Under the pieces are notes generated by a model. That model had not been told where the DNA came from. It saw only the letters and a program-made list of their open reading frames with translations, and did no database searches. The translations under genes and the position numbers were made by a program. A stretch of 63,999 nucleotides of DNA, the filler included, from Pelomyxa schiedti (Eukaryota > Protista > Evosea): the NCBI GenBank assembly GCA_020536535.1. It is 7 parts of 7 records of this genome, joined end to end, with 100 filler letters (N's around TTAATTAATTAA, not from the genome) between each part and the next. Parts side by side here need not be neighbours in the genome. Positions count along the whole stretch, not along the records: positions 41,927 to 57,486 come from JAHLWZ010000114.1; positions 57,587 to 61,483 come from JAHLWZ010001665.1; positions 61,584 to 62,824 come from JAHLWZ010002658.1; 4 more parts are not named here. The stretch is one strand, 5' to 3'. Shown here piece by piece: positions 49,067-61,584 of this stretch (position 1 is its first letter; each line of letters opens with the position of its first letter).

Positions 49067-50251
49067 ATGAAAAAGAGACGACGCGTGCGTTGTTCGTCAA
49101 GGGAGTTTCCAATCAAAGACCACATCGAAGCACGGCACCAACTCATCTCGTTCGGCGCCGGTGTGATTGTGGGACGGTGCGGCCGCGACATCGGCATCCC
49201 AGTCTCGATGCTCACCCCTGCGTCCTTGTCAATCATCGGCCGCGATTGGGTTGTGTTCCCCGCTCGCAACGTAGTCGTTGACCTCGAGACTCGTAGTGGT
49301 GGCACCCATAAGTACGTCAAGTTCAGTGTGTCGCCCACACTTGGCCTCGTCGCCCGTCCTGCGGCCATCGACTGCCGTGGAATCCGCAGCACCAACTTGT
49401 TCTGTGGGTGGATCGGGTCGTCCTCATCAAGACCCAGATTCGCCCTCGTGGGGTCAGACGGTGGATCCACCAGTCTTTCGATAGATTCCCCGAGTCCCAT
49501 GACATTGAGTGTGATAGACACTCATGGGAAAATTGCAGACATGAGGCTGACAGACTCGTTGGACGTCCGGGGAACCTGGCGGGCGAGCAGGAGGTGGGCC
49601 GTGGCTGAAATGACAGGGGGTGGTGGGGAGGTGGACACTTCAACAATGTCACTGTGGAACTTTGACTGTGTTGAGAGCGGGAGTGTCACTGGGGTGGATA
49701 ACTTGGTCATGCCGTGGAAGGTGCGCGAGGCAGCTTTTGATGGTGAAGAAGCACTGATTGTTACATCGTTTGATGGTGTGTTCATGGCCATTGACCTGGA
49801 AGCCACACTGGCGCAGAGGGCGCTGGTTGGGAAGCTGGCGAGTTATCACTTGGAGGAAAGAGAATACACCAAAAGCCTGTTTTGCTGGAAGGGAAGGACT
49901 TGGACATTCCTCTCAGACAACGCCGGTGTGTTGTGTTTGACAACTGGGAAGAGGGATCCATTACCTGGTGAAGGTGGGGCGAATCCAATTGGCGGCCCGT
50001 ACTATAACCTGTCCACTTGTGGCCGTAGGGGTGCTCTATGTAAGGTGTGCAGTGTTCTGGAACCAAAGGTGCTACGCAGCTACCGCACACACTGCCGAAC
50101 TGACGTGGCGCGTTACGGGCAAGAGCTGATTATTAGGGATCCTCGTGCTTCTGATCCACAGCCAAAATACATTGAGGTTGTTGACGCAGTGTCTGGCTTC
50201 ATTATTCTGATGATGGAAATCAGAGGCTTCTCTGTTTATGGTGTTTCTTGA
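49067..50251 (+). CDS. Intronless orphan-family protein, paralog B
   Basis: 394-aa ORF collinear with paralog A. Confidence 0.8.
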   Translation: MKKRRRVRCSSREFPIKDHIEARHQLISFGAGVIVGRCGRDIGIPVSMLTPASLSIIGRDWVVFPARNVVVDLETRSGGTHKYVKFSVSPTLGLVARPAAIDCRGIRSTNLFCGWIGSSSSRPRFALVGSDGGSTSLSIDSPSPMTLSVIDTHGKIADMRLTDSLDVRGTWRASRRWAVAEMTGGGGEVDTSTMSLWNFDCVESGSVTGVDNLVMPWKVREAAFDGEEALIVTSFDGVFMAIDLEATLAQRALVGKLASYHLEEREYTKSLFCWKGRTWTFLSDNAGVLCLTTGKRDPLPGEGGANPIGGPYYNLSTCGRRGALCKVCSVLEPKVLRSYRTHCRTDVARYGQELIIRDPRASDPQPKYIEVVDAVSGFIILMMEIRGFSVYGVS

Positions 50252-50425
50252 ATCTGCACCCACTCAAATCTGACAAAGTCACTGGACAAAGAGAAAAAGG
50301 ACAAACCTGTAAGTCTGTTGGGTGTTTCAATTTGTTTGGGTTTATGGGCTCGTCTTTCGCAATTTGCGTTTACAGATGTGAACCTTTGTTTCGTTACCCA
50401 CTGTTTTTCTCGTCATTGATCGGCA

Positions 50426-53400
50426 ATGGGTGTGGAACGGGCGGTGACGACGGGGGTAGTTGTCTGGTGGGTGGTGTCCGCGATTGTGGTTATGGGACCG
50501 CGAGGTGCGTTTTGTTGGGTGGAGCACCCCATCGTGTCGTCGGTGAGCGTGGGGTCGTACATCAGCCAGGTCATGGTGTACTCTGTAATCCCCGAAAAGG
50601 TAATTGTGGGGCACAGCGGTTGTGTAGCAAATATAAAAAAACACAAACCAAGGGTCGTTCTTGGGGTTTCTCACCATAAATTTGTTTTTTTTTTTTTTAA
50701 CTGTGCAGGAATTTGCTGTGGCACTCACTTTTGATGAAGATGGTGAGACCCTTTGCAGCCTGAGTATGTATGTTGAGCACAGTATTCTGGGATTCTATCA
50801 GCAGAGCAGAGTGTTTGTGTACAACCCATTTCTGCAAGTATATATCTCCCAAACCACCTGCTTCATTGCATCAATGTTTTTGGTTACTGTTACTTACTTG
50901 ACCAAGGATCTGTGTAGATTCGCTCTTCTCAGTGGTGACGTTGCTGCAGTAAATAAAACGGTCACTGCAACTCCCTAATATTGTCATATTATTTGAATTA
51001 CACAATTTATTTCCAAGATATGCTGATGAATTCCCTTACAAACAAAAAGGATCTCTTTATATTTGAGGCTGCATCTCCCTCAAGCTATTCTGTGTTTTCT
51101 CTACCAACTCCTGTTCTGTTATCTGGAGCACTGGATATCAACTATGACTCCATTGAAGACCTCATTGGTCTCATCGAGCACAATTCATCAGAACCATCTG
51201 AGGATAAAACTTTCTCAGTGATATGGCTCGGCAAGCCTGAGTTCTATGTGAAAGAGATTTACAATTTGGTAAAAACCACTGTTAAGTTTATCAAATGAAA
51301 CCTAACCGCTCAATTCAACAAGACAGTTTCTGGAGATACCAGTGTAGCCTCAATTATCTTGACAAATGGGGTTCTCCATTCACAACAAGCAAATTCATCC
51401 CGAACTCTCGTCCCCAAACCCTCCATTCTGATTCACTGGGAATACCCAGCTGATACCTTCCACTTTATTTTGGCACAGAGTCTTCAGATAAGCGGGGACA
51501 TTGAGTGGCATTTTATTGCACTCCCACTTGCTGTGAAATCTACAGTGGCTCAATTTGGTATGACCAATTGCAACTAATATCAACCAATAAAACCTGTCCA
51601 GTGGATACGGATATGGATGGGCTTACCGAATCCATTGTTATTCTGGACATTGAGACACATACTCTACTTTTCTTTTCCGAAATTAATCCCGGCGAGTGGA
51701 GTGTCTACCTCCAATTAAAGCCACCCAAGCCAGCACTGCTTTTTGTAATGGCACCACTGGTCACAGCAGCAAATGACCCGCCATCGATTTTCTTCACACA
51801 CCACACAACAAATCACTTGTTCTTGGCACGGTACTCAATCCCTTCCATTTATCCCGCTTAACTGTTCCTTCAGGTGTCCTCTTTGCTCCCAATTGGAGTG
51901 CTGGCCATACATGGGTAACGCATCCCGCACAACTTTGTTATCTGGGACAATTCGAGGTATAACAGCTTTGGTTGTAGGTGTGTCGCAACTTCTCCAACAA
52001 TACCGACGTCTAAGAATGCAAAAAAGATGATGTTAACTTTGATGGTTACACCGATCTCATTGTAGCTAAAGGCACTACTGATCTGTCTCAGTCGCCTGTT
52101 CTCGTATGGGTAGAGCAAGGAGCCTTTACCTATGGTATCTCACAAATTGTCACTCCCCACTAATATCGAACAGGCAACCCCATGATGTTTTCTGTGGCAG
52201 CCTTATGTGGAATTATAATTGGTTCTGTCCTTCCTCTTTTTTTGGTGGTTTACTTCCAAGTGAAGGCCTCACCACTAAAGGTTCCTTTTTTCTGCCCCAC
52301 CTCTTTTAACCAAGTGAACAGTTATATGCCATCGATGAGCAAGCAATAGCGTTGACATCTCAAGGTGATGGGTCAGGGGAGCACAGCAGTGATGAAGATT
52401 CAGACTCAATAAATGAAGACGATGAGGACTTGGCTCCCGCAACTGTACCAGCAAATAACACTAACACAGCATCTTTTGCAGTTGTCTTCCACCTGATTGT
52501 CCTGAGTGCTTTGATGGTTTTTCCTTGGCTTCATTTTAAGACTCATGCAACCTTTTTTTAGATTTTTAGCCTGCTTGGATTTTTGGGTGGAACTTTTGCT
52601 TTCTCGGGATCACTTGAGATGGCAGGATACAGTGCTTTAGTGATAGTACCTCTTGACATGCTGTTGTTATCATCAGAAGTGCGAATGTGCTTCGTGAGCA
52701 TAAACAAAGTGGCGCTCCGAGCAATAGTGGGTGTTTTTTCCTTTTGTTGTTGAGATACATCCCTGATTACATTCATAGTTGCTCGTTGCCTCCGCTCTGC
52801 CGGCTCCAGTTATACCGCTTTGTGTATTTCTGTTTGTTTCCGTGGAGCTGCAAAGCCTTTCCAATCTACAAGCAATTCTCGTATTTACTGTGTCCATGCT
52901 AATGACCCTTATATGCCTGGTTAATTCTTCCCCCACCCACAAGTAATATAATAACCCTTTGCAGGTGATATATGCGTCACGGGTGTCATATGAACTCTTC
53001 CGAATTTACAAAAGCAGACTCCAAACTATTGCTAGCAAACCTAAATTCTCCGTGTCCAAGGCTAGCCTGAAAAGCGTGAAACGAATGCCATCAAGCCCTT
53101 GCGAGAAAATCGGCCACGTTATTCTTTGGGCGTGGCTTATTGTGAGTTCGAGATCAATTTCCATTAGACTGATTGCTTCTCAGGTGTCACTGGCAACTTG
53201 TTCGTTTGGCGGAGGAAAGGACTGGCTGATGTGGCTGTGCGGCGGCGTAATTGTGGGGTTCCCGCTTTGCATTATTCTCCTCGACATGGTTGTGATATTT
53301 CTAACAAGAGTGTCCCCATTCCTTACGGTGTTGAGACTGGTAAGACCCATTTTTTTTTCTACAGCCAAAAAACAAAAAAACTCACCAATTTTTTTCCCTT

Positions 53401-53582
53401 TAACAGATTCTAGGAGTTTCTATTCTCACACTTGTACTGACAGTAAGTGTTGGAACCGGCACTGTAGTTGTGTTCAGCAGCCTCAGCGATTGTATTGTCA
53501 GCCTTCCCCTGTGGTCCGTTGGCTTCACATCGCTACTGGGCAGTGTGGTACGCAATCACTTCACCTTAAACAGTTATATTAA
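50426..53582 (+). CDS. Hypothetical multi-exon membrane protein (hydrophobic N-terminus, multi-TM C-terminal part)
   Basis: Series of exon-sized ORFs with GT-AG boundaries and hydrophobic segments from ~52480. Confidence 0.5.
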
Positions 53583-53852
53583 CATCGCCCACAGACCGGC
53601 ACGATTTTCTGCACGGCACACCAGATAGTTTCAGTCAAATTTGAACTGGAGAGGCTGCAGTAAACTCCTTACTCCCCAATGTAAAAACCATGGTGTGCCT
53701 AAAACTCCCTTCCTTACTCTCACTAATAAAACACCACTCCCCAGTGCATACCTACTACATACACAACACCCTAAAGCAGTATGATCATCATCAACGTAAA
53801 CTGAAAAGAATTGATGGAACCTTTTTTTTTTCCCTTTTGATTTGCTCGTTGA

Positions 53853-55220
53853 ATGGGCAACACCAAAAGCCACAAAAGGGCCGCTTCGACAGCGACAACA
53901 ACGACGACGAGAACAACGCACACCACAAGGACAGAGCACCCAGCCTCGGGCACATACGTCGACAACATCATCGACGCGCGGCAACAATTCGTGGCCATGG
54001 CATGTGCGTCGTCACAAAGAATGATGGCTGCCACGTCGACTACTACTGCTACTACTACGGCAGGGACGTCGTCGCGTCCCAGGGGAGTGTGCGCGATGGC
54101 GGGCGTCGCGTCGCTGATGAGGCACTTTGGCGAGACATACGTGGTGAGTGAGCGCACCCACGTGGCCATGTCGTTCGATGCTGCGGGAGCCGCGACCGGG
54201 GAGTGTCGGCGCGTGCACGTGTGCATCGGGGTGTCGCCGACCATGGGCGTGGTCGCCAGCCGCGTGGCCGTGACCGCCCAGAACGTGTCTGCCCTGTCCC
54301 ACATCGACGTGAAGAATGTCGACGCGGCTGCTGGCGATCTGCATTCTGCGGGTGGGGTGAGGGCGAAGGATAAGGATAAGGAGAGGATGATTGGGGTGTT
54401 CGATTGCGTGACGGGAATTGACGCCAATGAAACTGTGTTCAGGGTGTTTGACCGGGCTGGGAGCGAGAGGGGAAAGCTGATGAGTCCGTTGACATGCAAG
54501 TCTGTTCTCTTTTTAAGGTGTGACACAAAGTGGCTTGTGGCTGGCCCTGTGGGATGCGTTTACATTCAGAGGATAGATAACTTCCACTGGTCACCAGGTA
54601 CCAGGGGTTCTGTGGAGAGTGCTGATGAGGCCTTGTGTGTGTCATACGATACCTTGGAGGTGATGTACGTAGGGGCTTCATTTGTTGGGGCAAGTAAGGA
54701 CCAAGTTTTGCTACTGAGCACAACACCTACCTTTGAGGTAGGGGGTGTTTCTTTCTTGGACCTAAACGCAACTACGACAAGCAAAAAGCTTGTGATAACG
54801 AGAGTGATTGCTGCTCTGCCGAATCCAATTGCCACTGTGGTGGGCCAAGGAGGCGCACTACTCACACTGCATGTTCTGGTTCAGAAAGATACCAGTGACA
54901 GAGTGAGGGTTCTGTACAACACCGAGACTGGCTCAGTGGTGCACACTTTCCCGCGACTGTGCAAGATCAACGGGGTGATCAACCCAGACTGCATCAGCGA
55001 GACCGTGTCATACACCAACCGTGTGCTGTGCACGAAGAACTTTAACACGCCTCTGTATTCACAGGTAGGCTCCACATGGCATGTTCACACAGCAAGCGGT
55101 GTGATTGCCACAGTAAGCAAGACACCTCCAGGTACGAAAGGACTGGGAATCACCTTCCAGGATGCGCGCACAGGGTCAATTCTGGCCGTCCTCAATTGTC
55201 CTCACTTGTCTTCATGCTGA
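53853..55220 (+). CDS. Intronless orphan-family protein with MGNT start
   Basis: 455-aa ORF; IIDARQQFVAMA and GVSPTMGVV motifs shared with paralogs A/B. Confidence 0.75.
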   Translation: MGNTKSHKRAASTATTTTTRTTHTTRTEHPASGTYVDNIIDARQQFVAMACASSQRMMAATSTTTATTTAGTSSRPRGVCAMAGVASLMRHFGETYVVSERTHVAMSFDAAGAATGECRRVHVCIGVSPTMGVVASRVAVTAQNVSALSHIDVKNVDAAAGDLHSAGGVRAKDKDKERMIGVFDCVTGIDANETVFRVFDRAGSERGKLMSPLTCKSVLFLRCDTKWLVAGPVGCVYIQRIDNFHWSPGTRGSVESADEALCVSYDTLEVMYVGASFVGASKDQVLLLSTTPTFEVGGVSFLDLNATTTSKKLVITRVIAALPNPIATVVGQGGALLTLHVLVQKDTSDRVRVLYNTETGSVVHTFPRLCKINGVINPDCISETVSYTNRVLCTKNFNTPLYSQVGSTWHVHTASGVIATVSKTPPGTKGLGITFQDARTGSILAVLNCPHLSSC

Positions 55221-55383
55221 ACTTTGTCACCAATGTATGTGCAAATGTATTGCTTCAAACATTCAATCCACATACACATACAAACCTCTCCACTAACTTG
55301 GTTACTAGGCAAGATCTTCAGACCACAATTTTTGGTTGCCAATGTTTCCTACCGCACAAAGTCTCGGATTTCGGAGAAAAAAA

Positions 55384-56236
55384 ATGTACACCACGCCCCT
55401 CGTTAATCTGGCATTGTCAATGTCACATTATTCTGACTACAACGACGATGTACGAAGCGGAATGAGGCTGCTGACGTTGCTGGGACTGGGTGAGTACGAC
55501 CAGTCCTATGAATTGTGTATCAACATCCTCTCGTCCCCGTCATCGTCATCGCCATCCCCACCGCCACCGTCGTCGTCGTCGTTTGACTTGAATGGCGTCA
55601 TGGAAACGACACTGGACCCAAGAAACGCACACAGTGAATGCGACCCTCTGGGAGATAACAATTATGGGTGTTGTTGCGCCAGTCCTGACGACACAGTGTC
55701 GGGGGGAGTGTGGAGGGCAATGGCGCTGATGGGGCTCAAGTATTTGTTCAATGAGAAGCCCTCGTTGTTCAAGAATCACTGGCCTCTCAGAGTTTACCCT
55801 GAGGAGGCACTGTGGAAGGCTGCAAAGAACTGTTCTTGTGAGTCACTGAGGTTCATGCACAAGGTTCTGGATGCCGCGTGCCAGCACAAACCAGCACGTG
55901 TGATTGTCGATGTGAGGAATGAGCCTGGAATGTCAGAGGAAGAAAGGCGGGAATACGCGGAACAGAAGGCACTGTGGTGTGCTGGAACTGTGGCAAAGGC
56001 GTTTTGCGTATTGAATGGGGTTGGTGTGCCTGTGGATGAGAAAGGGGGATTCCTCAAAACGCTGGAATGTGAGCCTTATGGGTTCCCTGTCGCTCTAACA
56101 GCAATTGGGCAGTGCTATGAATATCTTGAAGAGCCTGACAAGGCGTTCCAGTGCTACTTGGCAGCTTCTGAGGCGGGCGAGGCTGTTGCACAGGTAATCT
56201 TGGGGAAGATGTACCTGTACGGAGATGAAGGGGTGG
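55384..56236 (+). CDS. Sel1-repeat protein, truncated by a gap
   Basis: ALTAIGQCYE...AFQCYLAASEAGEAVAQVILGKMYLYGDEGV. Confidence 0.7.
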
Positions 56237-56693
56237 NNNNNNNNNNNNNNNNNNNNNNNNNNNNNNNNNNNNNNNNNNNNNNNNNNNNNNNNNNNNNNNN
56301 NNNNNNNNNNNNNNNNNNNNNNNNNNNNNNNNNNNNAGAACTTTAACACGCCTCTGTATTCACAGGTAGGCTCCACATGGCATGTTCACACAGCAAGCGG
56401 TGTGATTGCCACAGTAAGCAAGACACCTCCAGGTACGAAAGGACTGGGAATCACCTTTCAGGATGCGCGCACAGGGTCAATTCTGGCCGTCCTCAATTGT
56501 CCTCACTTGTCTTCATGCTGAACTTTGTCACCAATGTATGTGCTTATGTATTGCTTCAAACATTCAATCCACAGACACATACAAACCTCTCCACTAACTT
56601 GGTTACTAGGCAAGATCTTCAGACCACAATTTTTGGTTGCCAATGTTTCCTACCGCACCCGTGTCACCAAGTCTCGGATTTCGGAGAAAAAAA

Positions 56694-57486
56694 ATGTACA
56701 CCACGCCCCTCGTTATTCTGGCATTGTCAATGTCACATTATTCTGACTACAACGACGATGTACGAAGCGGAATGAAACTGCTGACGTTGCTGGGACTGGG
56801 TGAGTACGACCAGTCCTATGAATTGTGTATCAACACCCTCTCGTCCCCATCATCATCATCATCATCGTCATCGCCATTGCCATCCCCACCGTCGTCGTCG
56901 TTGTCGTTTGACTTGAATGGCGTCATGGAAACGACACTGGACCCAAGAAACGCACACAGTGAATGCGACCCTCTGGGAGATAACAATTATGGGTGTTGTT
57001 GCGCCAGTCCTGACGAAACAGTGTCGGGGGGAGTGTGGAGGGCTATGGCGCTGATGGGGCTCAAGTATTTGTTCAATGAGAAGCCCTCGTTGTTCAAGAA
57101 TCACTGGCCTCTCAGAGCTTACCCTGAGGAGGCACTGTGGAAGGCTGCAAAGAACTGTTCTGTTCTGTTCAGTCACTGAGGTTCATGCACAAGGTTCTGG
57201 ATGCTGCGTGCCAGCACAAACCAGCACGTGTGATTGTCGATGTGAGGAACGAGCCTGGAATGTCAGAGGGAGAAAGGCGGGAATACGCGGAACAGAAGGC
57301 ACTGTGGTGTGCTGGAATGTGAGCCTTATGGGTTCCCTGTCGCTCTAACAGCAATTGGGCAGTGTTATGAATATCTTGAAGAGCCTGACAAGGCGTTCCA
57401 GTGCTACTTGGCAGCTTCTGAGGCGGGCGAGGCTGTTGCACAGGTAATCTTGGGGAAGATGTACCTGTACGGAGATGAAGGGGTGG
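56694..57486 (+). pseudogene. Frameshifted duplicate or allele of the Sel1 gene at 55384
   Basis: +5-nt TGTTC slippage giving a premature stop, and an 80-nt deletion between GCTGGAA repeats. Confidence 0.7.
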
Positions 57487-57586
57487 NNNNNNNNNNNNNN
57501 NNNNNNNNNNNNNNNNNNNNNNNNNNNNNNTTAATTAATTAANNNNNNNNNNNNNNNNNNNNNNNNNNNNNNNNNNNNNNNNNNNN

Positions 57587-57744
57587 GCGAATCTTTTGTC
57601 GAAGGTGGCCTGCTGTTCCAAGTGAGTGGTTCCCGGCACGAGATACACATGACTGAGGAGTCTTCTGGTGCCCACATTATCACTTTCCAGTTGTTTGAGC
57701 AACTTGATACCTTTGAAGATTGGTGGTCATTCCTTCTCTCTTAA
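57587..57744 (+). CDS. C-terminal fragment of a paralog of the 45475-47049 family
   Basis: FVEGGLLFQVSG..EIHMTEESSGAHIITFQLF vs FVEGGLLFQ..EVHVTDELSGTHVVTLELF. Confidence 0.65.
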
Positions 57745-58174
57745 AGTCCAGGTGTCTTCCTTTTCTTTGGTTGGGTACTTCAACAATTCAAATGCACCGC
57801 AATTGCCGAGGAGCCTGGCTACTCTGGGTCCGAGCCTGAGCCGGAGGACCAATTACTCTGCAATTGCGTTGTGGGCCGGGGAATCTAATTACGGGAGCTC
57901 CCTGAGGAACTCTTGGACCACTACACACCCGAGGTTTGGATTGGGAAGTGATCACCGTGATCGCCGTCGAACCAAAGAAGAAGCCAAAGCCAAGGCACAC
58001 ACAAAAAAAAGACCGCCTACCAAGCCCCCAAAGACCCTTCCTTTGCTTGTACCAACAAAGAGACCTCCCTTGTCCTGGAGGTAGGTGTAAGGTTGCACCT
58101 TGCGGGGCTCTTCGACATCAACGCCGTGCCCCACCCCCCGGTCAGTACCAGCACACCACGCCTTGGTTGAAGTT

Positions 58175-59600
58175 CATGGCGTTGGCGCCGCCGCGAGCCC
58201 TGTTGCAGAACCACTCCATGATCAAGACGCACAGAGCAACGACGCGGTGGAGAGCGTGGATGTCACTATGGAAGAGGCACAGAGTGAGGATGCGGGTGGA
58301 GAGAGCGGGGAAATATAAGGCAGAGAGGATAGCACCACCAATGCTTCCAGCAGTGGGCTCCATTCATGCCAAGGAACCAGATGCTCATGGTTTGGCACCG
58401 CCTCCTATTGGGAATGCACTGCCTACAATTGATAGACGCGATATTAACTATGAGGAGGAACATCTTGTGGGCGCAGGAACCTTTGGAACAGTTTATAAAG
58501 GTTCATTTCTGTTCCCATGTGACCATGACCATTACAACAACTTATATTTCCAAACAGGAATTCTTCGACAGCATGTTAACACAGAGATTGCTATCCAAGT
58601 CATGAATAAGATTAGCCACGGCGAAACCACCAGGATTTCTGAGATCCTACAGTAAGCTTAACACTCTCAGATTTCGATTTCCTAACAATAAGACAGCAAT
58701 TTCAATCACGAAAACATTTTGAAATTCCTTGGCATGTGCCCAGCCATTCACTGTGGCCAATATGATTACCTTGTTTTTGAGCTGATGAGATGTAACTTGG
58801 CAACACTCTTACACTCGAATCAGGCTGAGTTGAAGTACCGGGGAAATTACAATTGAGTGCCGACATGGTATCTCTACTTGTGGGAAAAACTTTGAAACAA
58901 ACAAACTGTAGCTGCGTGGATTGAAATATCTGCACAGCCTACTCGTTATCCATGGGTTGATTAATAAAATAATATTGAAATATATTTATTATTAGATAAG
59001 TCTCTAGTTTACAATCTTTCTAGCAACCTGAAAGCAGAAAACTGTCTTGTTGATGATAACTTCGTTTTAAAAGTTTGTTGTTGCCTCCTTCCATCATAAC
59101 CTATAACTAGATCTGTGATTTCGGTTCTGGTGAAATAATATTGAGGGACTTTTATGAACTGCCTCAGACATTTCATACAAAATGTGCCTTCCCGCAGTTT
59201 TAGTCACCCACCAAACAAGCAATTTAGGGACAAGGGCCCCTTCTGATATGTATGCACGTGAAATTATGTTTTCCTTTCTTTCCTCTGACAACGCCACAAC
59301 AACAAAGGTTCAACGCCGGCAGAGTAATGCACAAAATCTTTACGGAAGGGCCAGAACCAAAATTCGTGTTCAGGAAGTTTGGTTTTCGAGAAGATGCTGA
59401 ATCAGAGGACCTGCCTTGGTTTGTCTCCTGCTATTGTATATTATGCCATGAGTGATAAAATGTTCCAGAATTCCGTGGTGGAACGCTGTAGCAGCCTAGT
59501 CCCTTCTGTGGTGTGTACATCCACTTTCCTGTTCTCTACTAATACAATCCTTACAGAGGCCCAACTGTCAGGAAGCACTGAGTGAAATTGAGAAGATTTT
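58175..59600 (+). pseudogene. Degenerate TKL-type kinase (pseudokinase or pseudogene)
   Basis: VGAGTFGTVYKG, IAIQ (Lys lost), HENILKFLG, IHG-NLKAENCLV, ICDFG; apparent frameshift or stop near 58850. Confidence 0.55.
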
Positions 59601-60856
59601 ATTGTGGGTGTTGGATGACAAAGATGGCACAGTACCCACATGGACACCAATACTTGTTACGAAGGAACCTCAATAACCACTACAAGTACAAGCATCATGG
59701 AGAGGACTGACAATCTAATCAACATTAAAACCTTGTGGAAAATAAAAAACGAATAATAGTTGAGGTTTAACGTTAATTTTCCAGAAACAAGGCAGTGTTC
59801 TAATAATATTATTTATTAATTAAAAAACACTAGTGTACCCTGAAGAAGTTCAGGACACAGAAGGCACCGTTAACGAGATGATGAAAGTAAATTAATAAAA
59901 AGAGACAAACCAGCAATACACACACAGCAAAAAAGGGGTTCCTTTTGCTTTGCTCCGCTTCCGCCTCTGCTATGCGGTAGCCGCTACTACAACAACTCAG
60001 ATGCATATCGGCCACAGCAGCATTACCATCGTTGCCAGTGGAAGTGGCAGTGGCTGCTGTGGCGAGCAGTGACAAACAACAATGGCAACAGCAACACTGT
60101 TGTGCAGGGCCATTACTGTGCTGTGTTGGGGCTGCGGGCACCTCTGATGGAGTTGATTGTGGTTTGATGCCCTCAGATCCCATAAGTACATGTTGCAAAA
60201 AAAACAGATGTAATTTTCACAGCCACATCAGCCTAGCTTTGGGAACAATCTCCCCCAAAAAGAAGGTTGCAATGAACATTGCATTGAAATGATGTAAGAC
60301 CACATCTTTGGCATTCAATCAGTGTCTCAATGACTCTTGGCCTTTATTTGGGTAAAAAATTGGGTATAGCTGGGAGGTGGTTTTTATATCTCGGCCATGT
60401 ATTTGGCACTTTTTGACTAGTGTTGTTACGGTTATCGGATATACATTACAAATGGGCACCTTGGATATCCACCTTGAAACAGCGTGTCCGACAGGACTGC
60501 CGTGTCAGATGTGGGTAGAAAGTCCGACACGGACGCTCGGAAAAAACATCAGCCGTGTCCGATTCTGGAACGGCTTCCGAGAAAGGACGTTTGCCACGGT
60601 ACCGATCGGGAAATTTCCTTGTTCCCAAACTAATTCCGAGTGCCGAAACTGCAGATCGGGATTTCCGTGTCGTGGAACCATCAAAGTGACATCGAATCTT
60701 TGGTTTGGTTTTTGCGTGGTGTTGCTCTCCGATGCGGTGCATCGTCATCATGCACCCCAAAAAAATGCTTGGTTTGTTGTTTTGAATCGTTTTTCTTTCG
60801 TTTTTGTGGGTGTTGGTCCACTTGACAACCAATGTGTCATTTTCCCCCAAAAAATT

Positions 60857-61483
60857 CTACGTCTCCTTGGACTTGGGTATTTTTTTGTTGTACTTTGCAG
60901 CTGCGGCTCCTTGATACTGGTCTAATATGTGGTGGGAATCTTCCAGCCATGACGCAATTGCTGTGTTGCCGTGGGCCAACGCCGTTGCAAATGAGTTGTC
61001 AAGGTCGGCTTTGGACAGTTCCACTTTGGTTGACAACCACTTCACAAGCTGTGTGCTTTCGTGGAAGGCCGCAGGCTGCAAGGAATAGCGATGGTGTTGC
61101 CGTGATCAAGTTGCCTTCCACAAAGAACTTGACAAACTCAAGTCCTTCTCTTCTTCCACAGAGTGTCTCCACCATTTCACTGGTGGGAACCATGTCGAAT
61201 TCAGAAAGAATCCACTTCAACACATCAAGCCTTCTTACGTAACGACACTCCATTGGCCCAGGAGGGAAAGGCACCTCAAGGTGCTTTCTCACGTACTGAC
61301 AAACTTCTAGGCTGCTGCTTGACTTTCCCCAAATGCAGCTCATAAAGCCCAAGGATGGAGACGCACCCACTTGAGGAAAGGTTTCAAAGCACCACTTGAT
61401 AACCTCCAGGTTCCCACTACTGCACGCCTTCGAGTGGAGATCCAGGCCAATGGTGGTCTCGTAACTTGTGAACCTTCCCACCA
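60857..61483 (-). pseudogene. Ankyrin-like repeat family gene, 3' fragment with apparent frameshift near 61075
   Basis: ACSSGNLEVIKW...; ALAHGNTAIASWLE continues in a different frame. Confidence 0.55.
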
Positions 61484-61584
61484 NNNNNNNNNNNNNNNNN
61501 NNNNNNNNNNNNNNNNNNNNNNNNNNNTTAATTAATTAANNNNNNNNNNNNNNNNNNNNNNNNNNNNNNNNNNNNNNNNNNNNC

